The notes: generated by a model not told the origin, from the sequence alone. Shown: positions 51,876 through 61,373, counted from the first letter of the stretch. The stretch: 64,000 nucleotides of DNA from Candidatus Saccharimonadota bacterium (GCA_013333595.2 JABCON020000002.1:16849-80848); one strand, 5' to 3'. Translations and numbers: made by a program.

Positions 51876-52550
51876 CTAACCTTCTATGGTATAGCCTACT
51901 CCGCGGACGGTTTTAATGATGCTGGGGCCACCAGCTTTATCGATTTTATTACGCAGGTATTTAATGTAGACTTCTACCGTATTGGGCAGGATATCAGCAT
52001 CAAAATTCCACACGTGGGCAATGATTTGCTCCTTGGAAACAACACGCCCAGCTGAGCGCATCAGGTATTCAAGCAGGGCAAACTCCTTCACGGTAAGCTC
52101 TAGCGGCTTATTGCGTAGGCTCGCTGTGCGGTTGATTGTATCAAGCTTGATACTCTTAGCCTTCAGGATATTCGACTGCTGCTGCTGGGGGCGGCGTAGC
52201 AAGGCGCGTACGCGTGCCAGCAGCTCGTCTACAGCGAATGGCTTGGTAACGTAGTCGTCGGCGCCGGCATCCAGGCCTTCTGTTTTCTGCTCGGTCTCGC
52301 CCAGGGCGGTAAGCAGCAAGGCCGGGGTAGAAATACCGGCTTTACGCAGGGCTTGTAGCATAGCAACACCGTCGTCGTATTCGCCGGGCAGCATGCGGTC
52401 AATAATTAGGCCATCGTATGGTTCGGTGCTGGCCATGGCGTAACCAGCGGTGCTATCGTGCTCAATATCCACTGCGTATCCTTCGCTCGTGAATACTTTA
52501 CTAAGGGCGCGGGCAATTTTTACTTCGTCTTCAACAATTAATAAACGCAT
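51876..52550 (-). CDS. OmpR/PhoB-family response regulator
   Basis: LLIVEDE, DRMLP, GADDYVTKPF, LTVKEFALLEYL, KTVRGVGY. Confidence 0.95.
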   Translation of the reverse strand: MRLLIVEDEVKIARALSKVFTSEGYAVDIEHDSTAGYAMASTEPYDGLIIDRMLPGEYDDGVAMLQALRKAGISTPALLLTALGETEQKTEGLDAGADDYVTKPFAVDELLARVRALLRRPQQQQSNILKAKSIKLDTINRTASLRNKPLELTVKEFALLEYLMRSAGRVVSKEQIIAHVWNFDADILPNTVEVYIKYLRNKIDKAGGPSIIKTVRGVGYTIEG

Positions 52551-52598
52551 TATGGCTATATTATACCAGATTTTCTATATAATGGTACGATTGTGCGG

Positions 52599-54068
52599 CT
52601 ATTTTGGCATAATATAGTGCCATGTTGTGCCGTGCGGACTATCGTTCACGGTAATGCCCTGGGCGCTGAGCTCATCGCGCAGGGTATCACTCGCCTGCCA
52701 ATCCTTGGCGGCGCGCGCTTGGCTGCGCTGGGAGAGTAACTGCTGCTGCTGGGCGCTCAGGTTAGGCGTGCTACGGCCAAGGCTAAGGCCAAGTAGATCA
52801 TCCACCGCGGCAGTAAAGGCAGTTAGCAGTGGCTGGTGGAGCTGCTGGGGCGGCGTACTCAGGATGGCTTTGCAGACACTATCAATAAACGCGACGGCCT
52901 CTGGCGTGCCAAGGTCATCGCTCAGCTTACTGCAGAGCGTGCTGGGCGCGCTGGCTAGCAGCGTGTTGGTTTGGCCAGTTGAGTCCACCGCTGTGGCTTG
53001 CCAGCGTAAGCTTGCGGCCTCCTGCCAGCGCTGGTAGCGGTGGCTCGCTGCATCCAAAATCTCCCAGGTAAAGTTACCTTCGGTGCGGTAGTGCTTACTG
53101 AGGATTGCCAGCTTAAACGCCATCGGGTGTGCGCCGTGAGCAGTAATATCGGCTAACGTGATGATATTACCTAGGGATTTGCTCATTTTGCGGCCATCAA
53201 CCTTAAGATGGTTATTATGGAGCCAAACACGAGCGAACTGCCTGCCGGTCAGGCTTTCGGTTTGGGCGATTTCATTGCTATGGTGGACGGGGATATGGTC
53301 GATGCCACCGGTGTGGATGTCAATCTGGTCCCCTAGCGTCTCGCGCGCAATGACAGAGCATTCAAGGTGCCACCCCGGAAAGCCAACCCCCCACGGGCTC
53401 TCCCACTCCATATCGCGCTGAGCCCCTGGCGGCGATAGTTTCCAAATCGCAAAATCAGTGGCATTGCGCTTGCCAGCGGTGCTAACCCGGGCCCCGGCTG
53501 CTAGGCCAGCGATATCGAGCCGAGCCAGCTGGCCATAGTGCGCCAGCTTGCTGGTATCAAAATACAGCCCATCACCAGGAATGCGGTAGGTATAACCCTT
53601 ATCCTCTAGGGCGCGGGCAAAAGCAATTTGCTGCGGGATATAATCAGTTGCTCGCACTAGGTGGTCCGGCCGGGTAAGGCCAAGTAGGTCGTAGGCTTCG
53701 TGTTCGGCAATAGCCATATACTTGCGGGCGATATCCCAGGCAGTCAGGCCTTCGCGCTGGGCGCCGGCTTGCATTTTATCTTCACCGTCATCGGCGTCAC
53801 TCGTCAGGTGGCCCACATCGGTGATGTTTTGGGTGCGCGTTACCACAAGCCCCGCTGCGCGCAGCAGCCGCACTAGTACATCCCAGTAAATGTAGCTTAC
53901 CCAGTTGCCAATATGTGGCTGGCTGTAGACCGTCAGACCACAGGTGTAAATACTAACCTTGCCAGGGGTCAGTGGGGTTAGCGTATCCTTGCGGCGGGTC
54001 AGCGTATTGTAGAGCTGGATTGGTGCCCCGGCATCTGGTAGGGGCGTGTGGGTGGGGCGACTATTCAT
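52599..54068 (-). CDS. cysS: cysteinyl-tRNA synthetase
   Basis: CGLTVY, HIGN, GFPGWHLECS, DIHTGG, KMSKS. Confidence 0.96.
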   Translation of the reverse strand: MNSRPTHTPLPDAGAPIQLYNTLTRRKDTLTPLTPGKVSIYTCGLTVYSQPHIGNWVSYIYWDVLVRLLRAAGLVVTRTQNITDVGHLTSDADDGEDKMQAGAQREGLTAWDIARKYMAIAEHEAYDLLGLTRPDHLVRATDYIPQQIAFARALEDKGYTYRIPGDGLYFDTSKLAHYGQLARLDIAGLAAGARVSTAGKRNATDFAIWKLSPPGAQRDMEWESPWGVGFPGWHLECSVIARETLGDQIDIHTGGIDHIPVHHSNEIAQTESLTGRQFARVWLHNNHLKVDGRKMSKSLGNIITLADITAHGAHPMAFKLAILSKHYRTEGNFTWEILDAASHRYQRWQEAASLRWQATAVDSTGQTNTLLASAPSTLCSKLSDDLGTPEAVAFIDSVCKAILSTPPQQLHQPLLTAFTAAVDDLLGLSLGRSTPNLSAQQQQLLSQRSQARAAKDWQASDTLRDELSAQGITVNDSPHGTTWHYIMPK

Positions 54069-54095
54069 ATGTATTAGTATAGCATGGCTTGCAGC

Positions 54096-54149
54096 GTCGC
54101 TTTCGTCCTTTTGGACTCATCAGTAGAGACGCACATCTCTAGAGCGAAC
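54096..54149 (-). ncRNA. type III hammerhead ribozyme
   Basis: GUUCGC-UC|UAGAGA-ugugcg-UCUCUA-CUGAUGA-GUCC-aaaa-GGAC-GAAA-GCGAC: complete catalytic core and three stems; predicted cleavage between 54142 and 54141. Confidence 0.9.
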
Positions 54150-54190
54150 ATGACAAGCAGGTGGTTGACAGAGGTTCGCTTGGCTAGATG

Positions 54191-54631
54191 CTAGCTGCTC
54201 TTGAGGAGCTCGCTAACATCAAACACGATCTCAAGGGTGCAGCGATGCTGAACCCTAATATGCTGCCTGCAGGATTCGTGGTCGAATCCTACTTTGGCTA
54301 CTGGAAGCACTTCCTCACTCAGCATTTCGCCGAGCTTGGTTTTGAAGGCCTCCTGCACAGATTTAGATTCATAGTCCACACACACATAGTGTGGCTCTTC
54401 CTCCTCGTAAGTTACGAGGCAGAAGACGAGTACGTCTTTGTCGCAAGAGGCTGTAATGCCCTTGTGTTCGTCGTGCTCGTCGTACTTATCATTATCGATT
54501 GTCTCCAGCACTATCGACCTAAGGTCGATAGTGCTGGTCAGGAAGTCATAGGCCTCTTGGGCATACGACTGCCCGAGAGCAGTGTACTCATCGCGCTGTG
54601 CCTGTAGTGTAGCCGAAGTAATGCGTGCCAT
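54191..54631 (-). CDS. acidic hypothetical protein (146 aa, orphan)
   Basis: ATG 54631 preceded by AAAGGGG; long structured leader; TTGACT upstream. Confidence 0.7.
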   Translation of the reverse strand: MARITSATLQAQRDEYTALGQSYAQEAYDFLTSTIDLRSIVLETIDNDKYDEHDEHKGITASCDKDVLVFCLVTYEEEEPHYVCVDYESKSVQEAFKTKLGEMLSEEVLPVAKVGFDHESCRQHIRVQHRCTLEIVFDVSELLKSS

Positions 54632-54644
54632 GGTAATTCCCCTT

Positions 54645-54806
54645 TCAGGAACCACTCGCTCGCCGCTGACCCCTGTGGTCAACTCTGTACGAAACGAGAT
54701 AGCCCTACTCCAAACTGTGCTTGCAGTAGCGCTACCTCGCTTCGTACGCCCTGCTTGTCAAATAGCACTTTTGGGTAGATGAGTGACTCATCCGCACACA
54801 AAAGCT
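54645..54806 (-). promoter_or_regulatory. structured 5' leader
   Basis: Hairpin 54765-54806, boxA-like TGCTATTTGACAA (54755-54767), 27-bp rod 54687-54747, hairpin GTTGACC/GGTCAGC. Confidence 0.6.
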
Positions 54807-54890
54807 AATATATATATCAATAAATGGAATCGAAGTCAAGTATATTTTACAATTTTGTAGGGGAATGACGTACGGGTACGGCGTGGCGGG

Positions 54891-55877
54891 CTACGCCGCC
54901 GTGGCCTGCAGTGCCTTGGCGGTAGCATCGACAAGTTCGCGTACAATCTGCTCCTCACCTTCGTAAACGCGAAAACCAGCGGCGTATGGGTGGCCACCGC
55001 CACCAAAGTAGCCAGCAACATCTGCTGCAATGGGGCTATTGGCGCGTAGCTTGCCAGTCAGCTTGCCATCGGGGTAGGTTTTGATGGCAACGGCCAGCTC
55101 CACCCCCGTTACCAGGCGCATTTCATCAAGCACCAGTACGCTTGGGTTGTATTGGTCGCTGTAGGCTTCGATTTCACTAAACGGAATTCGCACAAGCGCG
55201 AGCTTACCATCAAGCAGGTATTCAATGCGCTCAATCAGCCGGCCCTTGTAGGCAAGGATTTCGGGCGACTTCTTCATAAATTCACGCCGGGCGGCCTCAA
55301 CAGCCGCTGGGCTTGCACCAAGACTGGCCAGCGCGGCAGCGGTCTGGTACACGGCTGCACTGACCTGCTGCGTAGTAAGGCCCAGGGTATCTGCCAGCAG
55401 GGCCGCTAGCATAGCGTGGGCGGCCGGCTGGTTGATAGGCCAGCCACATGCCGCGGCCATGTTGTAAATCACCTGGCTGGTACTGGCAGCTTCTTCAAGC
55501 AGTAATATATATGGGAAGCTGAGGTCTGGCTCAGTGCCAAGGTGGTGGTCAATTACCAGGACGGGCTTGGTGGTGAGCATATGGCGCGCACCAGGTATGG
55601 CAAGCGTTTTACTGAGCAGTACCTCTGCGCTGGTATCAACAATGATCACTAGGTCGGCCTGGGTATCGAGCCCTGGCTCTACCCTATCCCAGCCCGGCAA
55701 GTAGCGTAGATACTTGGGGATATCAACCGGGCAGTGCAGGCTCACCTGCTTGCCCATCGCACCAAGTATTTCTTCGAGCGCCAGGCTGCTGCCCAGGCTA
55801 TCCCCATCTGGGTTTTCGGCTTGAATAATAGCAATGCGGGTGGCCGCAGTTATCAAATCACAATATTCACTATACAT
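54891..55877 (-). CDS. DHH-family phosphoesterase (NrnA-like)
   Basis: NPDGD, IIVD, IDHH, GGGGH. Confidence 0.9.
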   Translation of the reverse strand: MYSEYCDLITAATRIAIIQAENPDGDSLGSSLALEEILGAMGKQVSLHCPVDIPKYLRYLPGWDRVEPGLDTQADLVIIVDTSAEVLLSKTLAIPGARHMLTTKPVLVIDHHLGTEPDLSFPYILLLEEAASTSQVIYNMAAACGWPINQPAAHAMLAALLADTLGLTTQQVSAAVYQTAAALASLGASPAAVEAARREFMKKSPEILAYKGRLIERIEYLLDGKLALVRIPFSEIEAYSDQYNPSVLVLDEMRLVTGVELAVAIKTYPDGKLTGKLRANSPIAADVAGYFGGGGHPYAAGFRVYEGEEQIVRELVDATAKALQATAA

Positions 55878-55953
55878 CCCTTTAGTATAGCATGAGCTGG
55901 CCGGGTGCTAGGGGGTGGGGCGCCCGTGCCCGCGCCGCACAAGACCATGTAGG

Positions 55954-56574
55954 CTAGTCGAGCTGGCGCCGACCCGCCAGGGCGTGCCCAAGGGTAATTT
56001 GGTCGGCGTATTCTAGGTCAACCCCCACCGGCAAGCCGCGGGCAAGCCGTGTCATGGTGGGGCGCAAGCCTGCCTCAAGAATGTGGCGCTGTAAGAACAG
56101 AGCTGTGGACTCACCTTCTACGCTGGCGTTGGTGGCAATAATAATTTCTTCTACCGCGTCCGTTTGAATGCGGCTGATGAGCTCGGCAATGTGCAGCTGC
56201 TCGGGCCCGATGCCATCAATTGGTGATAAGGCGCCACCTAGTACATGGTAGGTGCCGCTAAACTGGCCGGTGCGCTCCAGGGCAATAATATCAAGCGGCT
56301 CCTCTACCACTGCAACCAGCTGCTTGTTGCGTGTTGGGTCGCTGTAGAGCGCAGAGACATCTTCGTCCGCCCCGATCAAGGCAAAGGTAACCGGGCAGGA
56401 GCGCACCCCAGTGTGGAGCCCGTTAATGGCCTGGGCCAGCTTATGGTTAGCTTGGCTCGTCGTACGCAAAAGATGGTACGCATACCGCTCGGCAGTACGC
56501 GCACCAACACCAGGGAGTGACCCAAGCTCATCAATCACGGCCTGCAGTGCGGCCGGTAGTAGCGGTTGTGCCAA
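55954..56574 (-). CDS. recR: recombination mediator RecR
   Basis: LPGVGARTAER, YHVLGGALSPIDGIGPE, EGESTA, TRLARGLPVG. Confidence 0.95.
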   Translation of the reverse strand: MAQPLLPAALQAVIDELGSLPGVGARTAERYAYHLLRTTSQANHKLAQAINGLHTGVRSCPVTFALIGADEDVSALYSDPTRNKQLVAVVEEPLDIIALERTGQFSGTYHVLGGALSPIDGIGPEQLHIAELISRIQTDAVEEIIIATNASVEGESTALFLQRHILEAGLRPTMTRLARGLPVGVDLEYADQITLGHALAGRRQLD

Positions 56575-56590
56575 CGTTCCCTCTTGCCTT

Positions 56591-56893
56591 CTACATCCCA
56601 GGGATGTTCATGCCGCCCATCAGGGGCTTCATTTTCTCGGCAGCGACTTCTTGGGCTTTTTGCATACCATCACGGATGGCAGCTTCGAGCCAGCCTTCGA
56701 GCTCTTCGATATCCTCAAGATCAACGTAGTCTGGGTTAATGCTAATGTTTTCTACCTTCAGCTCACCGTTGATCGTCACCTCTACCGCTGGGTCGTCGTC
56801 CTCGCCACCAGCTGCGGCAATAATCTGCTGCTTTTTAAGCTCCTTTTGAGCCTTGCGTAAATCATTTAACATCTTCATTTGGTCGAATGCCAT
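56591..56893 (-). CDS. ybaB: YbaB/EbfC nucleoid-associated protein
   Basis: VEVTINGE, ISINP; adjacent to recR. Confidence 0.9.
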   Translation of the reverse strand: MAFDQMKMLNDLRKAQKELKKQQIIAAAGGEDDDPAVEVTINGELKVENISINPDYVDLEDIEELEGWLEAAIRDGMQKAQEVAAEKMKPLMGGMNIPGM

Positions 56894-56972
56894 AGTCTGT
56901 TTAATCCTCCTTGAATTACCTTACTTAGTATACGCTATTTTACGGGGAACGCAAAGCCACGGGCCCTAGGGG

Positions 56973-58481
56973 CTAACGCTGCTTAGGCTCGATGCGACGG
57001 AAAATATAGAGCCGGTCGCTCGGCTGCTGGCCCTGCTGCGAAGCAATGATTTGGCTTGGGCGCTGGCCGCTCTGGGCGGCAGGACTCTGGCGGGTGGCAA
57101 TAATGGTGCGGCTTTTACGCTCCTGGGCTAGGTTAGCCTTTGTGATGGTTACCAGGGGTGGCGTTAGCGGCTTGTCGTGGCGTAGCTTAAGATATAGCTG
57201 GTAGAAACTGCGCTCGTCTGGGGCGACCACCAGGGCTGGCGATTGGTTATGGTAGGTGGTGAGGGTTGTATCAATCAGGGCTAGGTCGTGGGTGATGTCC
57301 TTATTAAGCACTGGGCTATGGGTATAGCTGTAAAAGTAGCGCGTGGCCGAAACCAGCATAATACCGCCAAGCAGCACAGCCAGTGGCAGCAAGGCAAAGG
57401 CGCGTGCATAGGGGTTCTGTGGGAAGAGCCGGTACCAATACCACAGTACAAACTGGACGCCGCTGGCAATCAGGATCATAAAGGGCACCAGTAGGAGCTC
57501 GACGTAATTTGAGGTTAGCAGTACAGCAGGCACCAGTAATACCAGCCAGGTAAGGGTGATGAAGCTCTGCGTGGTGTGGTGCTCCTTAATAAGCCGTACC
57601 AGGCCTACCAGCGCCAGTGCAATTGAGCTGAGGGCAAATACTGGCGTCAGGCTACCATTGGCTGCCAGGCTACGGCCAGTAAAATCCCCGAGGCGTAGTG
57701 CGGTGGTGCTGGCTTGCTGGGCAAGTTCGCTCAGCGGAGCGGGATTACCAAGTATGATGGTCCAGAGGGCGGATGGATTAGCCACGCCCATGTAGAGGAA
57801 CGGCAAGGCGCCCAGGCCGGCAATCAGCAGCACAGTGGCCAGCGTGGTAGCTGCAATGCGTTTATGGATGACGTAGCGCACATATGGGTGCAGCAAGCCA
57901 CCAATTGCAATAGCCAGTAGCATAATGCCACTAAGCGGAGTAAACAAACACAGGCCCAGGCTAGCCGCCAGCAGAATGAGGGCTGCCGTCGTTAGCTTGG
58001 TGCGCTGCTTAGCAAAGCTAGCCAGCAGCAGAATGGTAATAGGCCAAAAGATATGCATGACCATAGGCGTACCATGCTGGGCAACATAGAGGAATGGTGC
58101 CGAGGTAGCCACAATTGCGGTGGTAATAATACTCACATTCGGCTTAAACCAGCGCCGGCACACAACCAGCATCCCAATGGCCGAAAGCCCAGCCAGCAGC
58201 ACCGAAGGCAGCTTAATACTGACGCTACTGAGCCCAAGGCTGGTGATACTGATTTTTTGCAAAAAGTGATACGGCGCATCCACAATAAAGAAGCTGCGTG
58301 GCTCGCCAAGCGACATAGCCGCACTGGTGAGTGCACTCTGCTGTTCGCTTGCATCCAGGCCGCCTGGTGCATAGAGCATTGCCAGCACCAGCATACAGCC
58401 AAGTGCCAGGCCAAGCAGCAAGTAGCTTGCGATAAACCGGAGCCGGTACAGGGGGTAATTGGTTAAGCCGGGTGTTGTCAT
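56973..58481 (-). CDS. multi-pass GT-C-fold (ArnT/PMT-like) glycosyltransferase
   Basis: Many TM segments, PYHFLQ...LGLS..SIKLPS pattern. Confidence 0.65.
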   Translation of the reverse strand: MTTPGLTNYPLYRLRFIASYLLLGLALGCMLVLAMLYAPGGLDASEQQSALTSAAMSLGEPRSFFIVDAPYHFLQKISITSLGLSSVSIKLPSVLLAGLSAIGMLVVCRRWFKPNVSIITTAIVATSAPFLYVAQHGTPMVMHIFWPITILLLASFAKQRTKLTTAALILLAASLGLCLFTPLSGIMLLAIAIGGLLHPYVRYVIHKRIAATTLATVLLIAGLGALPFLYMGVANPSALWTIILGNPAPLSELAQQASTTALRLGDFTGRSLAANGSLTPVFALSSIALALVGLVRLIKEHHTTQSFITLTWLVLLVPAVLLTSNYVELLLVPFMILIASGVQFVLWYWYRLFPQNPYARAFALLPLAVLLGGIMLVSATRYFYSYTHSPVLNKDITHDLALIDTTLTTYHNQSPALVVAPDERSFYQLYLKLRHDKPLTPPLVTITKANLAQERKSRTIIATRQSPAAQSGQRPSQIIASQQGQQPSDRLYIFRRIEPKQR

Positions 58482-58499
58482 CTTGTACCTATTATAGCG

Positions 58500-59849
58500 T
58501 TAATCGTGCCGTTTATCCAGCGACATAAAACGCAGCCGCTCTGGGTGGAAGTAAAGACCAATCTTGCCAGTCGGGCCATTACGGTGTTTGGCAATATAGA
58601 GCTCGGTGATATGGGCGACTTCGGGGTTATCGGGCTCGTAGTAGCCAGGCCGGTAAATAAAGCTAACGATATCAGCGTCTTGCTCGATGCTACCAGATTC
58701 ACGCAGGTCCGAAAGCTGCGGAATGGGTGGTGTGCGACTTTCGACAGTACGTGATAGCTGGCTCAAGGCAATCAGTGGTACGTTAAGCTCACGGGCTACC
58801 AGCTTGAGCCCCCGGCTGATCTCGCTCACCTCTTGCACACGGTTACCATCGTGCCGGCCACTCCCCTGCATCAGCTGCAGGTAGTCAACCACAATCAAGC
58901 CAAGTGGGCGTTCGTGGGCAATACGGCGCGCTTTGGTGCGTAGCTCCAGCACGCTCAGGCCTGGTTTATCATCAATAAAAATCGGTGCCTCAGCCATTTC
59001 GCCCATGGCTTCGGAAAGCTTTTGGAAATCATCGTCACTCAGGTTACCGGTACGGATATTCCAGCTATCCACACCACTGGCATCGGCCAGCATACGGTCT
59101 ACCAGCTGCTCTTTGCTCATCTCGAGGCTAAAGAACAACACCGCTTGCTTTTCGATGGTGGCGACATTGTAGGCCAGGTTGGTTACCAGGGTTGTTTTAC
59201 CCATGGCTGGGCGGGCCGCTAGGATAATCAGGTCGCTGCGCTGGAACCCGGCAGTCATTGTATCAAGGTCTCGGTACCCAGTGCGGATACCGCGCAAGCT
59301 GCCCTTGTTGCGGTGGAGCTCTTCCATACGGTCAAAGCTATCGGTGAGGACGCTTTCCAGGCTGACTAAATCCTGCTTAAGGGACTGGTCGCTGACGCTA
59401 AATAGTTCTGATTCTGCCTGGCTTAGGAGCTCTTGGGTGCTTTGATCTTCATCGTAGCTGAGCTCGCTAATGTCGCTACTGGCCTTTATGAGCCGGCGCC
59501 GAACGGCCTTTTCGGCCACGATTTCGGCGTAGGCCGTGGCATGGGCAGCGGTCGGCACGTAGTTGGTTAGCTCGGATAGATAGGCCGACCCCCCTATCTG
59601 CTCTAGCGTGTCTTTGTTCCTGAGCTCATCTGTCAGGGTCAGCAAGTCCACCGGCTTATGGCGCTCGTATAGGCCTATCATACCAGCAAAAATCCGCTGG
59701 TGGTTTTTATCATAAAAATCCTGTGCCGTGACGAGTTCGCTGGCATCAGCCAGGACTTCCTCATCAAGCAAAATTGCCCCCAGTAGGCTCTTTTCGGCCT
59801 CGAGGTTTTGCGGTGGTATTTTGGCAGTTGGTTGATTATTCGTTGACAT
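58500..59849 (-). CDS. dnaB: replicative DNA helicase
   Basis: PPQNLEAE, AARPAMGKT, VDYLQLM, SQLSR, DLRESGSIEQDAD, KHRNG; no intein. Confidence 0.97.
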   Translation of the reverse strand: MSTNNQPTAKIPPQNLEAEKSLLGAILLDEEVLADASELVTAQDFYDKNHQRIFAGMIGLYERHKPVDLLTLTDELRNKDTLEQIGGSAYLSELTNYVPTAAHATAYAEIVAEKAVRRRLIKASSDISELSYDEDQSTQELLSQAESELFSVSDQSLKQDLVSLESVLTDSFDRMEELHRNKGSLRGIRTGYRDLDTMTAGFQRSDLIILAARPAMGKTTLVTNLAYNVATIEKQAVLFFSLEMSKEQLVDRMLADASGVDSWNIRTGNLSDDDFQKLSEAMGEMAEAPIFIDDKPGLSVLELRTKARRIAHERPLGLIVVDYLQLMQGSGRHDGNRVQEVSEISRGLKLVARELNVPLIALSQLSRTVESRTPPIPQLSDLRESGSIEQDADIVSFIYRPGYYEPDNPEVAHITELYIAKHRNGPTGKIGLYFHPERLRFMSLDKRHD

Positions 59850-61299
59850 CGACTTCCTCGCCTCCGCCCATAAACTCAGCCACGCGCGCGGCGGTGCTAT
59901 CAGTTGGTGGCGGTGGTGTTCCTATAATAACAATCTGCGCCTCGCCAACCAAATAGGCTGTAATTTTGGCCAGCAACGGGCGAAAACGGGTGCTTTCGAG
60001 CTTGTGCTGTGTAAAGGCTTTGCCGGTGTAGATGGTCAGCGTGTCCCCATCGGTGCGCACGGTGCAGGCGCTCAGGATGCTATAAAGCCCTAGTGAGGCT
60101 TGGCGGGCGGCTTCTAGCCAGGCTGCTTGGTCAAAGTCCGCCAGGTGGGCTGGATGCGGAGTGCTAGGAGGCTGTTTGGCAGATGGGGCGGGTGCCGGAG
60201 TGCTAGGGGTAGGCTTAACTGGTGCATTGACCTGGGTGGTGGATGGCTGCGGCGTGTGTGGTGCCATAGGCGCCGGCGTGGCTGGCGGAGTTGTGTGTGG
60301 CGCAGGGCTCGGCTGGTGAGCCGGTGCTGTGTCTGGACGTGGAGGCTGCTGCTCCATTGGGCTAAGGAGCGCAACGAGCAGGGCAACCTCTGGCTGGGTG
60401 GACTGCGGCGTGTGGGCCAGGCCTTCAAGCGTTGTAATCAGCCACGGCTCATCGGCAATACGGGCCCGTACCGCCGCTGCAAGCTGTGATGCCAGGGTAG
60501 CTGGGCTGATGCCACGAGCAACCAGCTCGCTCACCTGGCGCACTATCAGGGCAGGCTGGCGCGCAGCAATAGCAGTGGGGAGCTCATCAATACACTGGCG
60601 TGGGGCCAGGCCAAGCACATCATCAACCAGCTGGGCGGTAATATGCTGGTGGCCACTCTGGAGCTGATCGAACAGGCTAATACTATCGCGCAGGCTACCG
60701 CCACCACGCTCGGCGATGGTCATCAGTGCTTCTTTATCGGCTGTGATCCCCTCTTGCGCCGCAATATGGGCCAGGTGCTGAGCAACAATCGGCGCCTCCA
60801 CCAACCGGAAGTGAAACCGCTGGGTGCGGCTAATGATAGTCGCCGGCAGCTTATCGTAATCCGTTGTGGCTAGGATAAACACCACATGTGCGGGCGGCTC
60901 CTCGAGGATCTTGAGTAGGCCGTTAAAAGCAGCCTTCGATAGCATATGGACCTCGTCAATAATATAGACCTTGCGGGCTGCGTGGGCCGGGGCAACGCGT
61001 GCTTTATCGCGTAGGTCACGGATATCATCAATACCATTGTTGCTGGCGGCGTCAATCTCGATAATATCAAGCGGTTGGTCCTCGCCCGTGTAGGGTAGCT
61101 TGGTAATAGCATGAGCAAGGATACGCGCCACGCTGGTTTTGCCTACCCCGCGCGGGCCGGTTAGCAGGTAGGCATGGCTTATCTTCCCCTGCTGCACGGC
61201 AGCGGCAAGAATACTGGTTACGTGCTCTTGGCCAATAACCTCATCGAATGTATGGCTGCGGTACTTACGGTACAGCGCCTGGCGTGGCGACTTGTTCAT
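59836..61299 (-). CDS. dnaX: DNA polymerase III subunit gamma/tau
   Basis: LYRKYR, GPRGVGKT, EIDAASN, DEVHML, LEEPP. Confidence 0.95.
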   Translation of the reverse strand: MNKSPRQALYRKYRSHTFDEVIGQEHVTSILAAAVQQGKISHAYLLTGPRGVGKTSVARILAHAITKLPYTGEDQPLDIIEIDAASNNGIDDIRDLRDKARVAPAHAARKVYIIDEVHMLSKAAFNGLLKILEEPPAHVVFILATTDYDKLPATIISRTQRFHFRLVEAPIVAQHLAHIAAQEGITADKEALMTIAERGGGSLRDSISLFDQLQSGHQHITAQLVDDVLGLAPRQCIDELPTAIAARQPALIVRQVSELVARGISPATLASQLAAAVRARIADEPWLITTLEGLAHTPQSTQPEVALLVALLSPMEQQPPRPDTAPAHQPSPAPHTTPPATPAPMAPHTPQPSTTQVNAPVKPTPSTPAPAPSAKQPPSTPHPAHLADFDQAAWLEAARQASLGLYSILSACTVRTDGDTLTIYTGKAFTQHKLESTRFRPLLAKITAYLVGEAQIVIIGTPPPPTDSTAARVAEFMGGGEEVDVNE

Positions 61300-61373
61300 T
61301 CCATTTATTATAACAGATAAGCCCCAGGCGCGTTACCGGGGGCTTATGGGTTGTGATATGTGGGGCTAAACTA

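Noticed and set aside
54188..54607. 139-aa antisense ORF co-extensive with the ribozyme-linked orphan (ambisense element?)
   Set aside because: In codon register with the minus ORF (typical shadow frame), with no SD or promoter; RNA wobble pairs favour the minus strand
54687..54760. Retron msr-msd (long hairpin plus inverted repeat)
   Set aside because: No reverse transcriptase in the window, and the inverted repeat encloses a whole ORF
54765..54806. Possible second hammerhead in the leader (CGGATGAGTC)
   Set aside because: Core is CGGAUGA rather than CUGAUGA, it is buried in a hairpin, and no stem II-GAAA follows
58500..61299. DnaB intein or dnaX frameshift signal
   Set aside because: DnaB has normal length and contiguous motifs; no A-run slippery site seen in dnaX
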